Shown piece by piece: positions 57,524-64,000 of a stretch of DNA of 64,000 bases. The position numbers were made by a program, and so were the translations under genes. The notes under the pieces were generated by a model. It was given only the letters and a program-made list of their open reading frames with translations, was not told where the DNA came from and searched no databases. Within the stretch, counting starts at the first letter, position 1. Each line of letters opens with the position of its first letter. The stretch is from Candidatus Altiarchaeota archaeon (GTDB lineage Archaea > Altiarchaeota > Altiarchaeia > IMC4 > SCGC-AAA252-I15), in the NCBI GenBank assembly GCA_043804895.1, contig JAZDIN010000025.1, positions 64,001 through 128,000 of the forward strand, read 5' to 3'.

Positions 57524-58281
57524 AGGTAGGCGCTATGAACAACCCGCACAAGAACCTCCTTGAGGAGGCTAAGATGCTAAAAAAATACGGGCTCGAGTAC
57601 ATGGAACTCACCATAGAAGCTCCAGAGGCTACACCAGAGAAGGTAGCTGAGAAAAGGGAGCAACTTCTGGATGTCGGCCTACCCCTCACGGGCCACATGC
57701 CATGGTTCTTCCAGATAACCTCCCCCTACAAGAGCATCAGAAACGCTATGGTGTGCGAGGCTGTGAGGGTCATAGAGGCAGCAGCAGCCCTTAACATGCC
57801 TTATGTGACAGTGCACCCCGATTTTCTGAAACTCCACAGGAAGATGGAAGAGATAGTGCCTATTACAGTACAATCCCTCATCGAAATCATGGATTCAGCA
57901 TCTGAACATGGCATACAATTGTGTTTCGAGAACTTTGAGAGGAAACACATGCCAGAGGACGAGCTTGCGAAGATATTCGACGCACTCCCAAAACTCGGCT
58001 TCACGCTGGATGTCGGCCACGCCTTCATGGGCGAGGCAGGCACAGACTATGTGGCCAAGCTCATAACAAGATTCTCCACCCGCCTGAGGAACGTCCACAT
58101 ACACGACAACTTCGGAGTCAACGACGACCACCTGCCACTTGGGGCCGGGAAGCTCGACTACAAGGCGGCAGTGAAGGAGTTGAAGAAGGCAGGCTACGAT
58201 GGGAACCTCACACTGGAGATACACTCCCACGACAGAGACTACATACAGGTGAGTAAGGAGAAACTGATGAAGCTAATCTAA
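57520..58281 (+). CDS. Sugar-phosphate isomerase/epimerase-like TIM barrel (AP endonuclease 2 fold)
   Basis: ENF, LDVGHA, VHIHDNFG..DDHLPLG.G, TLE. Confidence 0.85.
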   Translation: MKVGAMNNPHKNLLEEAKMLKKYGLEYMELTIEAPEATPEKVAEKREQLLDVGLPLTGHMPWFFQITSPYKSIRNAMVCEAVRVIEAAAALNMPYVTVHPDFLKLHRKMEEIVPITVQSLIEIMDSASEHGIQLCFENFERKHMPEDELAKIFDALPKLGFTLDVGHAFMGEAGTDYVAKLITRFSTRLRNVHIHDNFGVNDDHLPLGAGKLDYKAAVKELKKAGYDGNLTLEIHSHDRDYIQVSKEKLMKLI

Positions 58282-58610
58282 TATCTAGCTTTCCTGATGA
58301 CATTAACAGCGTGGGCAACACAGCATGCCAGCAGATAAGCGGTGACTATTAAGTACGGCGTCTTCCAAAGGTAGTCTGTAACTGTTTCAAAAGGATCGTT
58401 TCCCCCGACAAAAGGCGCAACCACAAGGAAGGTTCCGCCAAAGGGCGCCCACATATTCGTGTAACCCAATATGCACGATTCCTGGCCGCTGCACTCGGCC
58501 GGCCCACCGAACACCGGGATGTTCGTTACCGGCACAGGCAAAAGGAAAAACAGGATGGCTGCTAGTAATATCCTTGTTTTTGTCGGCCTGATGAGTCCCC
58601 TTAAGTTCAT
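58278..58610 (-). CDS. Hypothetical membrane protein
   Basis: Hydrophobic segments flanking a loop with two Cys. Confidence 0.5.
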   Translation of the reverse strand: MNLRGLIRPTKTRILLAAILFFLLPVPVTNIPVFGGPAECSGQESCILGYTNMWAPFGGTFLVVAPFVGGNDPFETVTDYLWKTPYLIVTAYLLACCVAHAVNVIRKARY

Positions 58611-58695
58611 GTTTCACTAGTTAGGCACAAAGTGGCGGAGTTAGGGTGTTACGGTCACCCAAATACTTCCTAATGAACGAGGTGTGAATGCTCAG

Positions 58696-59550
58696 CTACT
58701 GTGTTTTATCTCTCGCTTTATCAGCTAGTTCGTTGTTTGGGTCTAAATTTAGCGCAAGGCGAAGCAAGGCCCTACCATCTTTCATATCCGGGATAGTATG
58801 AGAAGTTTTCTCAAACATTAGGAGACCTAAGTGGTAAAGGGTTGGAGCAATTGCGATGTTATTGCCTTTACCCTGCTTTTCGTATAACGCTTTCGCAGCC
58901 TTAAGCGATTCTATAGCGTCTGATTCTGTCTGCATCATTCTTTCATCACCTTTAGGCAAATTACTTAACAACTCTTTAAAGAAAACCCCCCTCTGATGGA
59001 AGATAGCTGGGTTCCCTGGGTCAATTTTAACCGCTTCTTCAAAATCCTTAGCCGCAAGATTAAAAAAGCCTTCACGCTCATTTCCCTCCGACATTTGCGC
59101 TAATCTCATTCGCGCATTACCCACACCACTCTTTGACAAAGCCAAAAGTGGATTATTCCCTTGAAGTCTCTCATATGAATCTTCCCCCCACTTTATTGCC
59201 TCCTTATACTCCCCTCTAGCCCCCTCCAACACGCCACCCGCACGTTTATCCTTTTTACCCTCAAACAATAATCCCATCCTCCTATTAGCCTCGCCAAGCC
59301 TGAAGTGTGCGTTGCTAGCCTTAAGGGTGTTGAGTCCACGGTCTCCTTCGAATTCAGGCGAGTCTGGACTCACAGCCCTTTGGAAAGTATCTGCCGCCCC
59401 CTTTAGCCTTTCAATAGTCTCATTTATTGTCGCAATCTTGGATGAGTAATCATCAGGCAGTTTCATAGGTTGAAGCTGTTGTGTTGCTTCTCTTAGAACA
59501 TCAGGCGTTATTGGTATTTGAGCGTCCGGAGGATTTTGATTCAACACCAT
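58696..59550 (-). CDS. TPR-repeat protein
   Basis: AHFRLG, GNA, F.EAVKIDPGNP, LYHLG..L..AL.LDPNN. Confidence 0.7.
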   Translation of the reverse strand: MVLNQNPPDAQIPITPDVLREATQQLQPMKLPDDYSSKIATINETIERLKGAADTFQRAVSPDSPEFEGDRGLNTLKASNAHFRLGEANRRMGLLFEGKKDKRAGGVLEGARGEYKEAIKWGEDSYERLQGNNPLLALSKSGVGNARMRLAQMSEGNEREGFFNLAAKDFEEAVKIDPGNPAIFHQRGVFFKELLSNLPKGDERMMQTESDAIESLKAAKALYEKQGKGNNIAIAPTLYHLGLLMFEKTSHTIPDMKDGRALLRLALNLDPNNELADKARDKTQ

Positions 59551-59616
59551 AGTATATCATTGGAGGATACTTCTTTATAAGTTCCCTAGAGCGGGAATAT
59601 GAAATCCACGATTAAC

Positions 59617-60138
59617 TTAATCGTTCTCGCATACTCCGTACTCTGGGAATGTTTTGAAGAAGACTGATGATGTCAGCCCGGCTGCGGTGGAGAGTATGAA
59701 TGATAGGACGAGCCTGAACGCCAGGAAGGCAGGGGAGAAGAAAGAAAACTCGAGAGAGGCTCGCAGCGGCCCAATCATTGTCTGGCCGAAGAGGAATGCA
59801 GTTATGGAATCGCTTGATGCGCCTTTCTTTTTGAGGGTGCATACAAGTGGGTACATGCTCTGTATTGGGCCTGGAGTCAATATGCCAACAGCAGCTGCGA
59901 AGGGTATGTTTCCGCCCCCTGACCCCATTCGCCTGACGACCAGGTCATCCCTAATCCAACTCACCAATAGGCCTGCTAGGAAGACGGTGACGATGAATAT
60001 TGGTGCGATACCGATGAAGGAATCGACTGAGGATTCTAGCCCTTCGGAGGATCTCACAGGGTCTGTGGCGTGTAGGAAGAGGCCTAACACTACGAGAGCA
60101 CCGAGCGCGGCAATTTCCAACTTAGAGCTTTTTTCCAT
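59617..60138 (-). CDS. Half-size DUF318/ArsP-like permease
   Basis: LAGLL..W, G..TPGP...YP....L.KKGA. Confidence 0.7.
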   Translation of the reverse strand: MEKSSKLEIAALGALVVLGLFLHATDPVRSSEGLESSVDSFIGIAPIFIVTVFLAGLLVSWIRDDLVVRRMGSGGGNIPFAAAVGILTPGPIQSMYPLVCTLKKKGASSDSITAFLFGQTMIGPLRASLEFSFFSPAFLAFRLVLSFILSTAAGLTSSVFFKTFPEYGVCEND

Positions 60139-60139
60139 C

Positions 60140-60643
60140 TTATTTGAACATTATTGAATCCGGTACCATCATGTAGGTGACGTATCCTGCGACGACGGAC
60201 ATGAGGAATGAGAGGAACACCCTAAAAATGAAATACCTCCACCCGAGCATCTTAGGCTCTAAAAGAACGCAGGACGGGTCAACAAGGCTGTAGGCTGTTA
60301 GGAATGTGACAACGACCCCAACATTAACCCCCATCATCGCAAGGCCGGCCGCGAATGGGTATATTGTATAACGCTGCCCTGGGAACAGCATTCCTACGAT
60401 GCACACCGCAGGTATCGTCAGAATCATGTTCCCCCCCCCGGTGAGGTGATGCAACAAGCTGGATGGCATGAAGGCGAGGAACACCCCCGCTAACCAGACT
60501 CCGACCACAAGGTGGGGTGCGGTGTCCCAGAGCATGCGCAGCGAACGCCCGACGGACTCAAGAGTCCTACCTCGGTTCTTCAGGTAAGACAGAAGGTAGC
60601 CTCCAACCATAACAACTGTGAAGGTCGCAAGTATGGTGTTCAA
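60140..60643 (-). CDS. Half-size DUF318/ArsP-like permease
   Basis: G.LFPG.RY.IYP.A..L..G...V.FL, E...LG..Y...R. Confidence 0.7.
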   Translation of the reverse strand: MNTILATFTVVMVGGYLLSYLKNRGRTLESVGRSLRMLWDTAPHLVVGVWLAGVFLAFMPSSLLHHLTGGGNMILTIPAVCIVGMLFPGQRYTIYPFAAGLAMMGVNVGVVVTFLTAYSLVDPSCVLLEPKMLGWRYFIFRVFLSFLMSVVAGYVTYMMVPDSIMFK

Positions 60644-60649
60644 CGGAAA

Positions 60650-61819
60650 TCACCTTCCTGCTATTATCTTTATCACGTCGCCGCCTTTCAGCTTATGGTC
60701 TTTCCCGACCTTCATCTTGGTTCTGCAGTCTATTGCTCCTATGAACTTGCTCCCGATGTCTGTGTGAATCTTGTACGCTAGGTCGAGTGCGGTGGAGTCC
60801 CTTGGCATCATGTAACTGTCAGGGAGCACGTTGCCTTTGCCGTCCGCTAACTTGTTCTCGTTCTCCACAGGATATACTGTGATAAGGTTCAGTGTCTCGT
60901 AGACAGCCTTGTTCAGCGTCTCTTGCGCCCCACTGGCGCCATAGACCTTCAGAATCCTCTCATTGATAAAGTCGAGGGCCTTTCTCTTCTTCTCGTCTGG
61001 TTCTCCTTTCACTTTGAAGCTTCCGTCGCCTGGCACGTACTCTATGACTCCCCCTCTGTCTGCCTCCCTCAACGCCAGCTCAGCCTCGGCGCATACTGGC
61101 ACCATATCGTATTTCTCCTTCAGCCTCTCGTAGTTCGCCTTACCCTGGTCTATCTTGTTAGCAGCGATTATTATCGGCTTAGAAATCTCCCTCAACCTTA
61201 CAGCGAACCTCTCGCATTCCTCGTCAGTCCAGTCAGACTTGCCTGTAAGGTCAGACTCCTCAAGGGCCCTTTTTATATGGTACTCCGTGACCCCGAGGCC
61301 GGAGAGCACACCGACAAGCTCCTCAACCAGCTTCTTGCTCTCATACTTCACCTTGTTCTTCACCTTAGACCAGTTTCGTTTCACGATAGCCGCGAACCAC
61401 AAGTCGACCTCCTCAACGAGGAAGGCAATGTCGCTCTCAGGGTCATGACCCTCAGCGGCCTCACCAACCTCGTTAGTCTTCCCTGATATGTCCACGACGT
61501 GTATTAGGACGTCCGCCTGCCTGAGGTCGTCCAGGAACTGGTTGCCCAGGCCCTTGCCCTCATGGGCTCCTGGCACGAGTCCTGCGACGTCTATTAGCTT
61601 CACCGGTGTGAACCTGACGCCGCTGCGGCATATGGAATTTCTCGGGTTACATCTTAGGTTGTAGTCCCTGCAAGGGCAGTTTGACCTCACATATCCCACG
61701 CCGATGTTCGCCTTTATGGTCGTGAACGGGAAATTCGCGATTTCAGCATCAGCTAATGTCAGCGCCTTAAAGAATGTGCTCTTGCCGACGTTAGGCTTGC
61801 CGACGACGCCTACTTCCAT
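60650..61819 (-). CDS. ychF: YchF-like Obg-family ATPase/GTPase with TGS domain
   Basis: GKPNVGKST, NFPFTTI, DVAGLV, NKID, C-terminal TGS. Confidence 0.93.
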   Translation of the reverse strand: MEVGVVGKPNVGKSTFFKALTLADAEIANFPFTTIKANIGVGYVRSNCPCRDYNLRCNPRNSICRSGVRFTPVKLIDVAGLVPGAHEGKGLGNQFLDDLRQADVLIHVVDISGKTNEVGEAAEGHDPESDIAFLVEEVDLWFAAIVKRNWSKVKNKVKYESKKLVEELVGVLSGLGVTEYHIKRALEESDLTGKSDWTDEECERFAVRLREISKPIIIAANKIDQGKANYERLKEKYDMVPVCAEAELALREADRGGVIEYVPGDGSFKVKGEPDEKKRKALDFINERILKVYGASGAQETLNKAVYETLNLITVYPVENENKLADGKGNVLPDSYMMPRDSTALDLAYKIHTDIGSKFIGAIDCRTKMKVGKDHKLKGGDVIKIIAGR

Positions 61820-62886
61820 GTCCGATACACCACCATTATTGCGGCTCCTGCTATGAGCATTATCGCCGCCGATATCATGAACGAGGCCATAACATCCCTC
61901 TTAGGGAGCTTAGAGTAGTAAACTCCCCCAGTTGTCGTTCCTGATGCGACGTCCCTGTCGTTCATGGAAAGTGCGCTGGCCTTGCCGTCAGTCTCATAAT
62001 ACCACCTTATCGTGCCGCCACTACCGTACATTGTGACTCTGTTGTCCCTGGTTGAGGCCAGTACATAATCCCCTCTCGATTCGATTGCTATGACGCTTTC
62101 CGTGGTGTTCACCCTCCACAACAGCTCTCCGTCTGGTGTGAATCTCATAAGCTGCTTTTCTCTCGTCCCAACGGTTACATTTACGTCAGCGTCGATTGCA
62201 CTTATATACTCGCTCATGTTCCTCTCCCACATGACGTTGCCGTTAGGGCTATATGCGTATACCCCCCCCTCATCCATACCGACCACTATCCTATCCCTCG
62301 TTATCGCCGAGGCTCCTATGTACCCTGATATGTCCAGGTTCCTGCGGACCTTCCCCTCATTGTCTAATATGTAGACCTGGCGGTCTGAGACTGCGACTTC
62401 CATGTCATCAAATAGGCGGACGTTCGTCACATAGCTTCCGATAAGGTGCTTCCACTTGAACGTCCCGTTCACGTCCAGCATGTAGACGAATCCGTCCATG
62501 GACCCACAGAGTATTCCATCCTTGTTCGCGTCAATAGCGCTGTCATAGCCGACGTAACCTGGTATCCGCCTCTCCCATAACATCCTCCCAGTGCTGGTGT
62601 CTAAAAGAACCAACGCCCCGTCTGAAGAGGCTGCTATTGTGTTATTCCAGACCTTTATAGCTGTCACACTTCCGCCTGTCGGGTGAAACCACAACTGCCT
62701 CTTGTTATAGTCTATGGAATAGACTCCGTTCTCGGCACCCACTAAAATGGTGTTGTTGAGCGTCTTTATCGAGTTTACCTTGCCTGGGACATGCTGGCTC
62801 CAAAGCGGGGTCTGTTTGTAAACGCTCGTGGCACTAACAGTTTCAATGCAAATCAGTGCTATCAGAACTAACAACCCCCTCCTCAT
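61810..62886 (-). CDS. Membrane-anchored PQQ-like beta-propeller protein
   Basis: Signal peptide, repeated G..LW motifs, C-terminal TM followed by basic tail. Confidence 0.8.
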   Translation of the reverse strand: MRRGLLVLIALICIETVSATSVYKQTPLWSQHVPGKVNSIKTLNNTILVGAENGVYSIDYNKRQLWFHPTGGSVTAIKVWNNTIAASSDGALVLLDTSTGRMLWERRIPGYVGYDSAIDANKDGILCGSMDGFVYMLDVNGTFKWKHLIGSYVTNVRLFDDMEVAVSDRQVYILDNEGKVRRNLDISGYIGASAITRDRIVVGMDEGGVYAYSPNGNVMWERNMSEYISAIDADVNVTVGTREKQLMRFTPDGELLWRVNTTESVIAIESRGDYVLASTRDNRVTMYGSGGTIRWYYETDGKASALSMNDRDVASGTTTGGVYYSKLPKRDVMASFMISAAIMLIAGAAIMVVYRTWK

Positions 62887-62993
62887 GATTACCTATTTCA
62901 GTATCCTTGCTTATTACTGGAGTGGCGCAGCCTATACCCATTGTAAAATAAGGGGTAAGCCACCCCCTTTAAGGTGGCTTAACTGAGTGTGAC

Positions 62994-63449
62994 TCAGCAG
63001 GTCCCTTCGAGATTCTTCACGCCATCGAACTCTATCCCGTTTATCCCGTGCTGTACGTCATCGTATGTGAACGACACCGCCAGGCTGTAGGGTCCGCTCA
63101 CGCAGGCGTTAATGTCCTTAGACACCACGCTAGTCTTCCCTGGCGTGATTGTGACATTAGCCCCTCCATCTCCGATGACCGTCTGGTCGCCCACGGTCAT
63201 CTGCGTCACCTTTATAGTATAATCTAGATTGTTTCTTAGTACGAAGTCAGATGATGCTCCACTAGGTTTCATGTTCCAGTTAAGCATCCCGATGTCTGAG
63301 CCCCTCCAATAGGCCTTGGACGCCTGCGATGACGCTCCACCGCCTATGTCTATGAAGCCACCCAAGACTGTCACCACTATCAGGGCCACTATAACGACCA
63401 CTGCGAGTATGACAAGATATTCTGTTGATAACTGTCCTCTATTTTCCAT
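62994..63449 (-). CDS. Archaeal type IV pilin (class III signal peptide)
   Basis: RG^QLSTEYLVILAVVVIVALIV. Confidence 0.88.
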   Translation of the reverse strand: MENRGQLSTEYLVILAVVVIVALIVVTVLGGFIDIGGGASSQASKAYWRGSDIGMLNWNMKPSGASSDFVLRNNLDYTIKVTQMTVGDQTVIGDGGANVTITPGKTSVVSKDINACVSGPYSLAVSFTYDDVQHGINGIEFDGVKNLEGTC

Positions 63450-63500
63450 ATTACACCTCATCAAACTTATTATATCCTATTAGTCTTACCCTATTAAAAC

Positions 63501-64000
63501 TCAGCTTAGAAGATGTTGTACGCCGTACCTTACGACATAGAATATCGTAAGGGTCAGCGGAACCATCATAAAGGCGTATTTGAGGCCGTATTTCTCCTCC
63601 CCCTTCACTATCACGCCGATGAGCATGCTGGCTATGAAGGATGTGACGGTTATTGTGACCACCGACACGTTCACGAGGAATTCCGGGCTGAAGGATTCGC
63701 TCACCATCAGTCCAAGGCCCATCTCCTCCGCTTTTTGGGTGTCGAATGCGCTTTTCATGGCATTCAGCCTTTCAGTGAAGTGTATGCTTATGTTAAAAAG
63801 CACAGGGGCCCCAACCATTATTGTCACCAGTATGAGGACAGTGTACGTTCGAGTGCTTGATAGGAGCTCCTTCCTGAGCATTATGTTATCGCTTATATCC
63901 CTTGCAGTGTCCTCCAGTATCCTCGCGAGGTGCCCCCCTGATTCTATGGCGCGAACGAAAAGCTTTATTGACCGCTCAAGTGCAGGGAGTTTGATGCTCC
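63501..64000 (-). CDS. Type IV pilus membrane platform protein (TadC/T2SSF family), 5' partial
   Basis: Frame open to the window edge: LERSIKLFVRAIESGGHLARILEDTARD, followed by 3 TM helices. Confidence 0.85.
   Translation of the reverse strand, partial: SIKLPALERSIKLFVRAIESGGHLARILEDTARDISDNIMLRKELLSSTRTYTVLILVTIMVGAPVLFNISIHFTERLNAMKSAFDTQKAEEMGLGLMVSESFSPEFLVNVSVVTITVTSFIASMLIGVIVKGEEKYGLKYAFMMVPLTLTIFYVVRYGVQHLLS

Overview
This is a gene-dense archaeal chromosomal segment. Evidence for Archaea: archaeal RNAP subunits, e-type ribosomal proteins, GINS, RFC, class III signal peptides and BHB tRNA introns. The style suggests a DPANN/Altiarchaeota-like lineage, but that is an inference. Positions 1-22.8 kb form a large surface-glycan/glycolipid locus with 5 GT2 and 2 GT-C-type transferases, 5 NDP-sugar SDRs, 2 methyltransferases, flippase-like proteins and transaldolase+GmhA. 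It also holds four radical SAM enzymes: three are B12-binding type and one of these resembles HpnJ/calditol synthase. The rest is mostly housekeeping: a protease-less Lon-type ATPase, GINS15-rpl44e-rps27e-archease, rfcS, ileS (with a non-canonical ALHH motif), rpl21e-rpoF, aspS, ABCE1 (frameshifted in an A8 run), the tRNA-Ser-rps13-rps4-rps11-rpoD-tRNA-Leu-rpl18e-rpl13-rps9-rpoN-rpoK-rps2 cluster, mptE, rsmA, pdxS/T, ogt, ychF and type IV pilus genes. Both tRNAs carry BHB introns, one at the non-canonical D-loop position 21/22. Most longer intergenic spacers are filled with nested, sequence-unrelated multi-hairpin elements, and two of these carry duplicated tRNA 3' ends. No CRISPR array, rRNA, transposase or integrase was seen. 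All calls come from reading motifs by eye, not from database searches.
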